Below are positions 1-12,010 of a stretch of 64,000 bases of DNA, piece by piece (position 1 is the stretch's first letter; each line of letters begins with the position of its first letter). Source of the DNA: an uncultured virus (IMG/VR IMGVR_UViG_3300037245_004196) (taxonomy: Duplodnaviria; Heunggongvirae; Uroviricota; Caudoviricetes); the IMG/VR virus record IMGVR_UViG_3300037245_004196; one strand, given 5' to 3'. The notes under the pieces are model-generated. The model worked only from the letters and a program-made list of their open reading frames with translations. It was not told where the DNA came from and did no database searches. The position numbers were made by a program, and so were the translations under genes.

Positions 1-3000
1 TTAAATTGTTTTTTTCTCATTTTCATTTTTCACCCTTTTTAATTGACTTAGTTTTGTATAAGAGTAACGTGGATATGTTTTTCCATTATATCCTTCATAT
101 TTCTCATCTGTTTTATTCCTTTGTTTTGCTATTTCATTAAATTCAGCGATTGTCTCAACATATCCAATCACTTCAGAGATCCAAGCCGCTCTTACATTAT
201 TTTCAAAAAAATCAAAATCGTGTTTGGTTATAATATATATTTCTTTGTTTGGGTTTTCACTCAATATCTTAACCTCCGAGCACTTTTCTTATTTCGTTTG
301 ACTTTATACACCGCATTAAATGGTCCGAATGGAGGTAATCGTTTTCCATGTCCATTAATTTTCCATCTCTGCACGAGTTGAGTGAGTTGTCTTTCTTTTA
401 TTTCAGCATATATCTCATCAATTGTTCTTTCTATTTCACCTGTAACAGAGATCATTATACAATCTTGAGTTGCATCATCTGAATTTGTGGAACTCCGAAG
501 TTCTGAATTATAATATCCTGCATCAGCCATGTTTTTCACTTTCCCATTTTTCTTTCTCTTCTTCAAAACTTCCTATAATACTTTTGGAAAATTCATCCAT
601 TATCATACAATCCTTCGAACAATAAGGATAGAAAATAACTCCTTCATCAAATTCCGTTCCACACCGTTTGCATTCTCTCATTTTATCAATTCCAAAATAA
701 TTGCTCCAACTATAATTCCTAATCCTGCTCCTATCATAATACAAGCTAACCAATTTGATTCAGCATCATTCATGTTTCATCGTCTCCATCAAATTAAACA
801 CATCAATATGGTCGCTTACTCGTCTCGTTTCATCCATTTTCTTCTCCAATTGCACCCACAGTTGTTTGTATTTCTTCAACTCACGAATAATATCAGCCAA
901 TTCACAAATTTTTTTGTTTAGAGGGGTCCTATTTTCTCCTTGAAATAGTTCAACAATTTCATCTAATTTAGTGTTGATAGTATACCAATCACTTTCTTCT
1001 TTAAATTTCTCCCGCCTCTTTTCAGATTCTTCCCATTTTCGCTTGTATTCCTCTCCTTCATCTATCCATTCCTCTAAACAATCATGGCAAAGAACTTGTT
1101 TCTTAAATGGATATCGTCGCCAATATTCGAAAGTGGCTCCACATTTTTCACATTTTTCTATTTTATTATTTTCCTTCATTTTTTCCTTTAATCGTTTAAG
1201 TAAGAGATGAATAAATGTGTGTTTTAAAGCATCATTATATGAGCCATCTAAAGTATATTTCCAACTTGGCTCAAATTCACCCCAAGCTTGCTTTAAATAA
1301 TATTCAACATTTTCAATTAAAAGTTCATTTGAATATAAAGGAATATATAAATTTCTTTCATAAGAATTCATTCTTTCCGGCACATCCTCTTTATTAAATC
1401 GCTTTCCAGCCTTTTCATAATTATTAATCTGCTCTAAAATTTCTTTTCTCACATTTTTAAAATATTCTGTTTTATGTTTTTTAAGATTGTTTTTCCATAT
1501 ATCACTCATTTTTTTTCACCTTTTTGTAAATCCAAATTAACCCTTTCTTTAATGATTGAAGAAGTGTTTTGATTGGTTCCATCAACACTAACCCTACATT
1601 AATTAAAGGTTCAAGTAGTGCAATTATTATTTCCTTCATTTTTCATCAACTTGAAATTTTGTTGTCTACTACTAAAAATAACTAAATCTCCCGAATCAGA
1701 GTCATCTTCAAAATCATCAATATACGGATTTGGGAGAGATATTTCAATACCCATCTCTTTAAGCCATGTCATATATCTTCCACTCATTATTTTTTCACCT
1801 TTGGAATAATCGTCACATTTTCCTTTCCATATTTTTTAATTAGTTCGTCAAATTCTTCTTTTACGTATCCTGTTTGATGAATCGTGATTTTAACATGTTT
1901 TCCCTTTTTCTTTTTCGCTTTTGCAATTGAAAGACTATATTCGTCAAAATCATAGGAATCATCAAAATAATCTCGGATTGCATCCCCATACATATCTAAT
2001 TTTATTACTTTCCATCCCAGATTCATATCATTAAAGATTTTAGCTGCGACAGCTTGATGGTTGCCATAATTACACCAATGATCATCCCTTTGCACATCTT
2101 CAATTGCAAGATGTTCATTTGTATCTTCCGCATATTCCCATTGTGTTCCCCGGTCAAAAATCCCATGAAAGATTTTTTCCGCTTCTGCAAATTCTAATTG
2201 TGTTTGTTTTTTCATTTTTTTCACTCTTTTGAAATTTTAACTTTTTCCCACATAAAACCACATCGTCTACAAATTCCTGTTATTTGTTGCCCTTTTGTGA
2301 GATTGGTCTTACATTGTGGACATTGGTGTGTTTTCCAATATTTACAATCAGCTGCATCTAATCGCTTTCCACGTAAATAAAGAATCTTACGCGGGACGTA
2401 GACTAAATGATTAATATGTCCCCTATATTTTGAAAAACGCCCTGTTCTAAGGATTTGAACGCAAACTAAATCTTTTTCAACATCTTTCATTATTTGAACT
2501 TTGGTTTTTGATCCCCCTAAATACCGGTTATCTCCAGCTTTTAATTGTTGTCGTTTGTGTGTTTTGTTATACATTTTCTTTTTCTCCTAAAAAATTAAAT
2601 AATGTTTTCTTTCCTAAATTTTTATTTTTTTTCCACCCTGAGCATGTACCACATTCTTCCACTTTGTCTTTATTTGAATAAGGTAAAGAATACCATTGAC
2701 ATCCCTTACAATTGGGGTGCATTTGAGTCAGCATCGTGCGATTATCTTTCATTTTTTAATACACCAAAAAAATATTTAATTCGGGATTATAGGTCCCAGG
2801 TATTTCAAAAAATTCCTGCTTTTTTTGTTCCCTTATTTTTCCCCATATATCTCGGTTTTCCATTAGACAAGTTAAGAGCCTTAAAGACAGATCTTTATAT
2901 GATTTAGAATTTTCTAATTTTTCAAGATATTTTTCTTGAAGAAAATTATCATTAAAATAATTTTTTAGTTCTTGCCTTGCTTCTCTCATTTCAGTCTTAC

Positions 3001-5507
3001 GTTGTTCAATTTTACTTAAAATGAACTGCAAATGTTGTAAATCATCACATTTATAACAACTTACGAAATACCATCGCAATTTTCTTCGTTTGTCCCGAAG
3101 TTTTATATGTAATTTGATTTCCGGATGGTTTTTACATTTATAAATGATACGTGGTTTTTTACATCGTTTTTTGGTCATCTTTTATTTTCTCACAATCTTG
3201 AATTGATCTCCCTTTAAATCATCCGCATATACCTTATTTATTTCAAAATCATCACATGTAAAATATTCAGTGTGTACGTTTCCAAATTTATCATTATCAT
3301 TTGTGATTACCCCATATTTACTACAATCAAGGGTATGATCTAATATATCAGCAATTCCACAAAATTCACAATACTCACATTGATTTGTTCTCCGAAAATT
3401 AGGAGGGAGTGTTAGTTTGGGTTGTTCAATCCAATAATGGGTAGATTGAATGCACTCCAGACATCTGAGGAGAGGATGGGCATAGGACCGTTCTGTATAG
3501 AAAGAGCAATTAATCCGGATGTCGTAGTATTTACATTTTTTCTTTCTTCGGACAAATTCTCCGGGCATTCCTGGATATTTACTACAACCATATTCACCAC
3601 CCCATCGACAATTGGAACAGAGAAACCCTTGGTCCCAAAAATACTCTTCATAGAAACATGCATCTTCATACTCTTCCATGTTATTTATCTTCCAACAATA
3701 GATCTATTTGCAAATGTAATTCTTTCGTGGTATATTCTGCAAGAGGCATTTTAAGATTTAAATTAAATAAAAATTGTCTAAAATATCGCATCTCCTTCAG
3801 AATTGTAAGATAATCCCACACATCAATTTCAGTAGCCATATCTATTTCTCCATTTTTCTTTGATTCTCTTAATAAAAGATTTCCTTTCCTTCATTTTCAC
3901 CATTTTTCCATTTTCGTTTTTATAGACTTTTCCATTACAAAATAGATAGTTTATTTCATAATATCCAGAAAAATCCCAGATTGCAATTGGAGGAGGATAC
4001 ATCAAATCAAGATATTTTTTGATCCAACGTTGAAGTTGCTTAATCCTAAAAACATCTGTAAATACATGACTTCTATGATTGAAATTACCTCGTAATAAAC
4101 GTATTTGGAATAGATAGAAATTTAAATTCATTTTTTTCTTTCTTCTTTCTTCTCCCTCTTTGATTAATTTTTCCAATTTCTCTTGGTTGTCTGTAATCAA
4201 TTGTATAAGTGGAGTTAATGCTTCAGCAAGGACTCCAAATAATGGTGTAATGGCAGATACTAATGCGTCAACTGTTTTTTTCGCGACTTGTTCAATTAAT
4301 TCTTTCTGTTCTAATTTCTCATCATAACCTGGAAGCTTTTTCATTTCTGTTCTACATTTCTCACAGATTTTTCCGGTGTTTTTTGCGGGATCCGTCCCAC
4401 AGAATATACAATTTTCACTCATGTTTTATCGTCCTCTGTTTGTCCATATAATATCTTTAAAAAAGAATCTCGTGTAGTGCTTTGTTTTAATTTCTCAAAT
4501 TGTTCATAAGATAGATGTATATCTGGAAGATCTGTTTTTTTAGAAGTCAAATGAGCAATTACTTCTCCAGAAGGAGAAAAGACTTTTCCTTTACTTTCAC
4601 TCATCTTTAATCCAAATCCCTTTTAATCGTGGAAGAGGAACACAAACATCATGTGCTGTATGTCCGCTTGGTGCAACCATATCTTTTCCTTGTATCTTTT
4701 TTCCACAAAAAAAACACCAACCCACCCAATCCCGCTGGTCTTCACTCATGTATAATCATCCAAATATTTGTCAATGACCCTTTTTCGTAATATAATGATG
4801 CGGTACATGATGGATGTTTGCCAACGACTTACTTCTTTTGTTGCTTCGTTGCGGTGAAAGCCATTAGGAAGAGAATCTCTATAATCCTTTGCCAATTCCC
4901 GCTGAATAATGAAATCATTAATTTCGTCTTCATAGCTCATAAGAATTTCTCCAAAGTTCCCTGAACAATTGGTTTGTCTTTGCATTGAGGACAGGCGCGC
5001 TGTTCTTGAGGTTTTTTTGTTGCGGTATATTTCCATTTAGGTGGTGCGTAATAAAACCAATCGCCAGTACAGCGAGGGCAGTGATAAATTAATTTTTCTA
5101 TTTCCTTCTCAGAATAACCTCCATCAAGAGGATCTTCATTTTCCTTGTGGGTGATAAGGGTTTTGTATGCATTACTCATGCCGAGTCCTCCGCAGTTCTT
5201 TTGTGAACAGTTAACCAACACCAAAAACATAATCCGCATGGCGTTGTAATTCGCAACCCGCAACCTTTACAGAATTTAATCATGTTGATTTCTCCACACA
5301 TTCTTTACAGATCACTGCGGTAAATTCAACGCCTCGAAATTTAAAATTATATGGTAATCCATTAACCGTTCTAATTAATTGGCCACAATGAGGGCAATAA
5401 TCGTAGGATTTTAACGGTGGATCTATCCTGTTTCGAGGGATTCCTGTCGCATGGGAAATATCTTTAATTATCTGATCTTTGAGAGTTTGTTTTGGATGTG
5501 AGTTCAT
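1..5507 (-). other. Co-directional cluster of small hypothetical genes, many with CxxC zinc fingers
   Basis: Abutting minus-strand ORFs (1-264, 261-566, 523-753, 766-1509, 1787-2224, 2221-2574, 2567-2752, 2756-3178, 3182-3679, 3829-4422, 4419-4604, 4746-5036, 4937-5263, 5280-5507), several with ATGA overlaps or GGTGA RBS. Confidence 0.8.
4597..4749 (-). CDS. Small zinc-finger protein, 50 aa (not in ORF track)
   Basis: MSEDQRDWVGWCFFCGKKIQGKDMVAPSGHTAHDVC...; CxxC...HxxC; overlaps neighbours at both ends. Confidence 0.65.
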   Translation of the reverse strand: MSEDQRDWVGWCFFCGKKIQGKDMVAPSGHTAHDVCVPLPRLKGIWIKDE

Positions 5508-5974
5508 TGTTTTATTTCCTCCAAGATGTCATATTCATCTGGTTCTGGTTCTTGAAGGGATGCAATTTGGCGACAAATAATTTTTTCAGGGGCTTGCCGT
5601 TTTCGGTCTTTATTTCGTTGTAATACAACCATTGCAGGAATACGAAAAAGCACCATCTTAATTTCATATTTAAAATGATAAGCAATATTAACATATACTT
5701 GTCTGCGTATTTTCGTGAGATTTGTGCAATCTAAATAAATATCATCTTTCCTTTGAATTGCTCTCATAAATAGACTCATGAGACATTTCCAGACCATATC
5801 TTCAAATTCTGGATCAAATCCATCCTCATCATAATAATAATAATTATTTCTAATTTTATCCGCAGAAATTCGGGATACATAGTTTTTTTGAACGGGTAAT
5901 TTATAAAAATAATATGTTTTTCCACATCCAGCAGGACCAATAGGAATAATGAGACGTGGTCTGCGCGTGATCAT
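5504..5974 (-). CDS. AAA_33 / polynucleotide-kinase-like P-loop kinase
   Basis: Walker A GPAGCGKT, ISADKIR, LDCTNLT..RR, RNKDR motifs typical of PNK-like kinases. Confidence 0.85.
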   Translation of the reverse strand: MITRRPRLIIPIGPAGCGKTYYFYKLPVQKNYVSRISADKIRNNYYYYDEDGFDPEFEDMVWKCLMSLFMRAIQRKDDIYLDCTNLTKIRRQVYVNIAYHFKYEIKMVLFRIPAMVVLQRNKDRKRQAPEKIICRQIASLQEPEPDEYDILEEIKQ

Positions 5975-6092
5975 TATCTATTCCTCCGAAAATACCATTC
6001 TAATAAATGTCCAGTTGTGTCCCGGTTTTCAGAATCAGCGTTTAAGAATTCCTCGGCAAAATCAAGAAATATTTCTTTATCTTTTTTATCCA

Positions 6093-6605
6093 TTAGTCAT
6101 CTTCCTCATCGACATTATAACTAAGAGAATGTAATCTATGAACATTACAACAATCATAAATTAACCGGATGGCCATTGCTGCCACGTGGATTGCTTCATT
6201 TGCAATTAATCTTTCTCGATGAGAATCTGTTTGTTTTAATTTTACATTTTTCCAAAGTTCATCAACTTCTTCTAAAAGCACCGCATAACCTTCATGGGCA
6301 GTATGAAATGGGCCATATTTATTAGTGGTGCGTATGAATTCATCGGTGATTGAATTGACGATAATTCGAAGTTTTTCATCTTCATCTGGAATGTCGTCTA
6401 TCATTAATTCCAGATTTCTCGTGATATAATTATACAATACACCATTTCCTTTTGGGAGACTATCTTTCAAGAATTCGAAGATAGTTATCCAGGTCTGTTT
6501 TTGTTGATATAATTTTAATTCCGCTTTTCCTAACATCTCTTCTAACTTTTGGATTTTGGCGAGATGCTCAAATTCCTGCTTGGCATAATCTACTTCTTTA
6601 TTCAT
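6093..6605 (-). CDS. MazG-like all-alpha NTP pyrophosphohydrolase with N-terminal coiled coil
   Basis: HEGYAVLLEEVDELW...EAIHVAAMAIR motif. Confidence 0.7.
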   Translation of the reverse strand: MNKEVDYAKQEFEHLAKIQKLEEMLGKAELKLYQQKQTWITIFEFLKDSLPKGNGVLYNYITRNLELMIDDIPDEDEKLRIIVNSITDEFIRTTNKYGPFHTAHEGYAVLLEEVDELWKNVKLKQTDSHRERLIANEAIHVAAMAIRLIYDCCNVHRLHSLSYNVDEEDD

Positions 6606-8106
6606 GTTCCTTCATCTCCAAATTAAATGTAGGTCCTTCTTCGCCTAATTCAAACATTTCTAATGCTTCCATGAATTGGTCCTCTGCTTGGGTAAGAGAT
6701 TTTATACATTCATTTAATTTCCCCCATAATTGCAACACAGTTATCCCTTGTCCATTTAAATATTCATTTAATTGTTTAATTGATACTTTAGCTGTGCCAA
6801 TACGGTGAAGCATATAAATTAGACTGGCGTGTTTGGTATCTTCTTCTATTCTTTTTATTTTTTTATTCATGTTTTTTTTTCCTCCATTTCTTTTTCCATC
6901 CGTTTCATCTCTTTTTCTAATGTACCATCATAGGGAAAATTATGTTGTTTTGCTGTTTCTTTTAAACCTTCCCACAATAGTGTGTGCTTTTCTCCTTCTC
7001 TTAACAACCCCTCAATCAATGGAGAAACATAAATTCTGAAATCGAGTAATTTATGGATGGTATGTCGGGTCATATTTTTTATATTAGGACTTTCACTCAT
7101 CTTTCATCAGCTCCGGGCGACAAATGTCTTTTAACGGACATTCAAAACACTTGTCAGAAATAGGATTCAACAATTCATCATTGGGAATTTCGTTCATTAT
7201 CATGTGCCTCCAATTTCTTTTTAAATTCTTTTTCGGGATACGTCGATTTATGACGGATTAAATTACAACGACCACATAAAATCTCATAGACTTTCAATCC
7301 CGTATCTTTTTCTACTTTATCTCTGATTTCTTTATCGAAAGACTTCTCAACTTTCCCACAATCTACGCATTTAATTTCACTCATGTGTATCCATTCTCCT
7401 TAGATAAGAATTCCTTTACATATTTCAAAACATCTTCAATAGTTTCAAAACAGATTTTGACCATTGGTTGATTATTGAAATTCAATCCTTTCACTAAATG
7501 ATTAGAGCTGTGGTCCTTTGCTATTTTCCCATTACTCCATTCTTGAGGTGCATAAGTAAAAACATATATATAATTTGGTTTTTTGCCATAACAATCCCAC
7601 GTTATATTTATTTCTAATTCCCAATCAAATTGAGGTATGTTTTTTTGAATTTCATTCATAATACTATCTAAAATCATGATTTCATCAACTCCTTTAAATC
7701 ATTTAGTTCTTCTGGTGTAAAATTTAAAAAATCTAAGAGATGTTGATAACCATGTGTTAAGGCAATTTTTCCTAATTCAGTATGAAAATATCCTCGATCC
7801 GCATTGAGAGAGTTGATTACATAATCTTTTTCCTTAATTATCCTTATCAGGTCAGTTTTAGTGGGCATTTTCTTTTCCCTTCTTTAGTTTTTTGATTCCC
7901 TGTTCGATTTCTTTGATTATTAATTCATACTTACCTTCATTTTCCACGACGTTAATTTGCCCTTGGAATGTGGGGCGTTTAAAGATAATGGGAAGAATGT
8001 CAAAATCCAACTGAATAAAAATTTCATTGGCTGCCAATCCTGGAGGATTTTTGGTCATGCGTTCCACGCGGTTTTCGCTAATTATAAGATAAATCCGGTC
8101 CTTCAT
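6598..8106 (-). other. Cluster of small hypothetical genes
   Basis: Abutting ORFs 6598-6870, 6867-7100, 7178-7384, 7381-7677, 7674-7868, 7858-8106. Confidence 0.7.
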
Positions 8107-8107
8107 T

Positions 8108-8338
8108 TTAACGATCTCCAGTTGGATATAAATTTCGACGGGACATACGCACTATTTCACCGACATGGTGTTTGGCGTTTGGTCCCACCGTGAGATATTT
8201 TACTCTAATTTGCATGGCATTAGGATTAGCCATGATTTCGACTTTGGTTGAAGCATAGCCCGATGCAAAACGGACATCTCCAATTTTTAAAACATATCTG
8301 GGATGGTTTCGTTTTTTTCTCATTTCATCGTCCTCCAT
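8108..8338 (-). CDS. Small SH3/KOW-like beta protein (paralog of 8325-8555)
   Basis: VLKIGD...KVEI...NPN..Q..VKYLT...SR..LYP shared with neighbour. Confidence 0.6.
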   Translation of the reverse strand: MEDDEMRKKRNHPRYVLKIGDVRFASGYASTKVEIMANPNAMQIRVKYLTVGPNAKHHVGEIVRMSRRNLYPTGDR

Positions 8339-8555
8339 TAGGATACAAACACTGGCGGCTGATTAGGCGCGTAGTTCCTTTTAGGTGTGGTTTATAGATT
8401 GGAGCAGTTAAATATTTAATGTTCACTTGCTTCTCATTGGGATTTCCAACGATCTCGACTTTGCTTGATCGATAACCGAAGACATACATTATATCTCCGA
8501 TTTTCAAGACCTGACGTTCTTTATGTGCTTTTACTCGCATGTTTTCATTTATCAT
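8325..8555 (-). CDS. Small SH3/KOW-like beta protein (paralog of 8108-8338)
   Basis: Same motif pattern as adjacent ORF. Confidence 0.6.
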   Translation of the reverse strand: MINENMRVKAHKERQVLKIGDIMYVFGYRSSKVEIVGNPNEKQVNIKYLTAPIYKPHLKGTTRLISRQCLYPNGGR

Positions 8556-8564
8556 TTAAAACCC

Positions 8565-9822
8565 TCATTTCATTAATTGTATAATATGATCCGCGCCATC
8601 TTTGGAAAAAGACTCTTCACCAAATAATTTTAAAATACGGGCCGTCAGACAGGCATTATGAATTACATTCGCTTCGATGGTGCGTAGTTGACCGATAATG
8701 GCTTGTCTTACGTTTTCTGTTTTATTTAATTCTTCTGTCATTATTTTCAATCCTCTTTAATTTATTATCACAAATGTCAATTATATTAAAATTGAAACAA
8801 TATTCTAAGAATTGGATAAAGCCTTGTAAACTACTATCAATTACGCCCTTTAGCACACCAGAAATATCAATACTAACACATCTATAATGAATGTGCTCTT
8901 TTTTTTCATAATCATATCTTGAATTGTCCCATCTACTGATTTTTAATATTACTTTTGTTGAGTAAAATTGAAGAAAGGCAAAATGTACTGTATTATGATA
9001 TTCTCTCGGTCTTAATGTAAGATTTGATAAGACATAATCAGTTCCGGCATGTTTAAAGATAATTTTATGCTTTGATAATAATTCTGGACAGGGGTTTGTA
9101 TCTTCTGCGGAACGTCTTCCTATTAACGTTGTTCCAGCAAGTTTACATCCAGATGGCGCAATTCCATGTTGTGGTCGATAATTCACACATTTTAGGCATT
9201 CTTCTTCGACTAACCATTGTTCTATTTTATTTTCACTCATTTTAGATTTCCTCAATTGGTCGTTTACATATTAATTCCAATAATGAACATTCACACATTC
9301 TATATTTTGCTTTTTCCAATTCATTTCCACATTGATTACAGTGTTTACGATACGTAGTTTGAGATTTATGACAATGATCACAAATTTTAAATGGTCTTAA
9401 CTTTGTCATTTCAGAATCGCATTTAGTACAATACCTCTTATCACCGAGAGTCATACATTTCAAACAAGCCCATTCATAACAATAATTATTCTTTGATACC
9501 ATAGAACTCCACATTATTCCAATCTTCCTAATTATTGGAATTTGTTTAATTCGATTGAATTTTCTTTTTCTCATTTTAGTTCATTCCCACAAACACATTT
9601 TGTAAATTTCTTTCTAATCCAACTGCCGCAATTATAGCATTTCTTATAATTCTCTTTTTTGTTTTTCTCTACCTCTTTATCGGCAGCATAATCTATCCAT
9701 CGCCGTAAATCCCAAGCAAATCCTTTGATTAAAGCATATACTTGCTTGTGGTTAAATTTGATACATTGTTTTTGAATTTCAATAACTTCCAATGATTCTT
9801 CTGAGTTCATTCCATCAAACAT
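8565..9822 (-). other. Hypothetical and zinc-ribbon genes
   Basis: ORFs 8565-8750, 8722-9255, 9242-9574 (double zinc ribbon), 9571-9822 (C-terminal CxxC..CxC). Confidence 0.7.
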
Positions 9823-9919
9823 TTTTTTTCACTTTTTTAAGATTTGTGCTATACTAATTAACGTTCCAATCAAAAAACATAATGATCCTAACCCGTACCA
9901 AATTGACGGAATTATTGTT

Positions 9920-10102
9920 TCATCCATTGTTTATTCCATCTCCTAATTTTTTATTTATTGGACAACAAAGATAATGATAACTAAGGGTTGACATGGTACA
10001 ATTGGACTTGAAATTCAGTAATCGACATTTTCCCGCTGCGAAATGAGCGCACCCTCTTCTTTTGGGGCTACATGTGCATTTAAGTTTAGTCATTTTTTTC
10101 AC
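9920..10102 (-). CDS. Cys-rich small protein, paralog of 47472-47687
   Basis: KCTCSPKRRGCAHFAAGKCRL...SYHYLCC...KLG. Confidence 0.75.
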   Translation of the reverse strand: MKKMTKLKCTCSPKRRGCAHFAAGKCRLLNFKSNCTMSTLSYHYLCCPINKKLGDGINNG

Positions 10103-10807
10103 CTAAAGTATATTTAAAAAATCTTCTATCTTTTTATTTCTAAATTTTTCTTTTATCCAACGTTCGTGTTTCTCAGCTGGAGTCTTAGGCCGTCTTTGGA
10201 AATGATGATTTATTTTAGTATGGCAAGTATGGCAAAGGCAGATCAGATTTGATTTATCCCAGATTAAGAAAAGGTTCTTTTTAGTTAAAGTATGAACTGG
10301 GGTTATATGATGGACTTCAGGTGTTCGAGTTAAACTGCCACACTTTTCACACATACTATAATTACAATAAACATTTTGATCACCGTAAGATCGGATAACA
10401 ACATCAATTCCTTGATCCATTCCTGTTAAAATAATTGCAATCCAATTTTTTTCTATATTGTCCTCAATAATTTCATTTCTAATATAGCTCCAATTATATT
10501 TTAAAATCGCAGCATAATCTCCGGCATGTTTTTTACACTGTCGCTTTTGCCAACTATATTTTCCATCTTTTTTCAATAAGCGCACTCCACACACGCGACA
10601 CACTCTTTCATATTTATGAGAATAATTTTCCAAGGGATAATCTGTGTCAAATACATCGAAATATTCAGCAAGAATATTTCTACTTGACTTAATTATATTT
10701 ACCATGTGTGATTCAAGATGGAAAATACATTTTGGGCAATAAGGAATATAGCTCATTAGTTCAGCTGGATAGTATTTCTTACACGCGCGACATTGTTTGA
10801 CAATCAT
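10103..10807 (-). CDS. HNH endonuclease with zinc fingers
   Basis: CEKCG...EVHHITPV...NLICLCHTCHTKINH. Confidence 0.85.
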   Translation of the reverse strand: MIVKQCRACKKYYPAELMSYIPYCPKCIFHLESHMVNIIKSSRNILAEYFDVFDTDYPLENYSHKYERVCRVCGVRLLKKDGKYSWQKRQCKKHAGDYAAILKYNWSYIRNEIIEDNIEKNWIAIILTGMDQGIDVVIRSYGDQNVYCNYSMCEKCGSLTRTPEVHHITPVHTLTKKNLFLIWDKSNLICLCHTCHTKINHHFQRRPKTPAEKHERWIKEKFRNKKIEDFLNIL

Positions 10808-11163
10808 TTTTCATTTTCTTCCAGGAATTTTAATGCAAATTCTAAACATGTTTTACAAACCCATGTAGTCACCCATGAATCGTTTGGATTTCTCCATTCA
10901 ATAACAGGTTTCTTCTTTTCACAAAGATCGCAAGGCATTTTTTGTTCTATTTTAAATTTCTCTTTTATTTTTTTATATAGAGCATTTGGAATTTTTTTCC
11001 CATCTTCTATATGGTTCCTCAGGAGTTTACGCATCAGCATACTAAAATTAACCCCCTTTTTTACAATATATTTTTCCTGATACGGATGAATCATACACGA
11101 CTTCCTAACCTTCCCTACTGCAAAATCATCATGTTTTTTAACATACTCTCTTTTTTTAGCCAT
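10804..11163 (-). CDS. Ribbon-helix-helix regulator with C-terminal zinc finger
   Basis: VNFSMLMRKLLRNHI helix; CxxC..CxxC; first gene of leftward arm, just downstream of a TATA box. Confidence 0.55.
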   Translation of the reverse strand: MAKKREYVKKHDDFAVGKVRKSCMIHPYQEKYIVKKGVNFSMLMRKLLRNHIEDGKKIPNALYKKIKEKFKIEQKMPCDLCEKKKPVIEWRNPNDSWVTTWVCKTCLEFALKFLEENEK

Positions 11164-11182
11164 GATAATAATTAGTAATAAA

Positions 11183-11196
11183 TTTAAATATTTAAA
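11183..11196. promoter_or_regulatory. Palindromic TATA element TTTAAATATTTAAA; drives leftward arm
   Basis: Minus-strand TTTAAATA begins at 11196, 33 nt upstream of ATG at 11163. Confidence 0.75.
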
Positions 11197-11285
11197 AGTA
11201 TGTAATCAGAGAATTAATAGAAGAATTTTAATAGATGAAATCTTAAAAAATAATTATACTCACCATTTTATCACATATACCCCCT

Positions 11286-11327
11286 GGGAAGGGTAAGGTT
11301 TTACCTCCATATTTCCTTATCCTTCCC
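11286..11327. other. 13-bp stem-loop
   Basis: GGGAAGGGTAAGG / CCTTATCCTTCCC with 16-nt loop. Confidence 0.7.
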
Positions 11328-11328
11328 T

Positions 11329-11481
11329 TTATTTCTTATACGTTTTCGCTAATTTTTCTCTTTCTGCTTTTTCCTCATATTCTCTAACTGATTTAAGGTC
11401 GTCATATTCACCAATAGACAAAAGGACTTTCCAACCTAATTTAAGAAGACCACCAACAGCTAATGCATGTAATAATCCCAT
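11329..11481 (-). CDS. 50-aa peptide with hydrophobic N-terminus and charged C-terminus (not in ORF track)
   Basis: MGLLHALAVGGLLKLGWKVLLSIGEYDDLKSVREYEEKAEREKLAKTYKK; GGAGGT RBS and TATA upstream. Confidence 0.7.
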   Translation of the reverse strand: MGLLHALAVGGLLKLGWKVLLSIGEYDDLKSVREYEEKAEREKLAKTYKK

Positions 11482-11512
11482 ATTTTATTACCTCCTAATA
11501 TAATAAGATAAG

Positions 11513-11526
11513 TTTAAATATTTAAA
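11513..11526. promoter_or_regulatory. Bidirectional palindromic TATA element TTTAAATATTTAAA
   Basis: Sits at the strand switch; predicted starts about 11543 (+) and 11496 (-). Confidence 0.75.
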
Positions 11527-11542
11527 TTTATTCTATTATTAT

Positions 11543-11678
11543 GGAGAAGTGGCTTGATTATTTATTTTGTCTTTTTGGATACGAGTTTTTGGGTGAGACC
11601 ATGACTCGTTTGATTTACCTCGGTTTCCGCCGAGGTCTTGTTTTCGGGTTCTTTTTGAACTCTATCGGGCCATTCTCC
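11543..11678 (+). ncRNA. Putative four-way-junction structured RNA or 5' leader
   Basis: 15-bp closing stem (11543-11558 with 11664-11678, one bulge) enclosing three hairpins; begins at predicted TSS. Confidence 0.6.
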
Positions 11679-11701
11679 CTTGTTTAAGGATGTGAGCAAA
11701 T

Positions 11702-12010
11702 ATGGAATTTGAAATCGTATTTAATAAAATAAGAAATATTGGCGGTATTGCTTATAGAGAGAGTTGGAATCGAGATGAATATATACATTTGGTTATACCG
11801 GACAGACCACTTACTGTTGTCAATGTAAGATTGATGGAGATGAAAAAACCCACGAAGCTGCTTGATTTTGAATTTATACCAAATCAAAACGTAAAAACAG
11901 AATCACACATGGTATTGCCTTATTTTGATAAAATTACAACAGGTTTTATCGAACGAGGATGGAATCCCACCACTCAAGATATGATGGCTAAAGATTGGGA
12001 GACTTCATAA
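11702..12010 (+). CDS. DUF2829 / Tad2-like (Thoeris anti-defence) protein
   Basis: AYRESWN..YIHLV N-terminus and WNPTTQDMMAKDW C-terminal signature. Confidence 0.75.
   Translation: MEFEIVFNKIRNIGGIAYRESWNRDEYIHLVIPDRPLTVVNVRLMEMKKPTKLLDFEFIPNQNVKTESHMVLPYFDKITTGFIERGWNPTTQDMMAKDWETS

Noticed and set aside
121..8193. Plus-strand ORFs in the left arm, and minus-strand ORFs inside structural genes elsewhere
   Set aside because: Antisense shadows of well-supported genes; Phe/Ser-rich and lacking RBS
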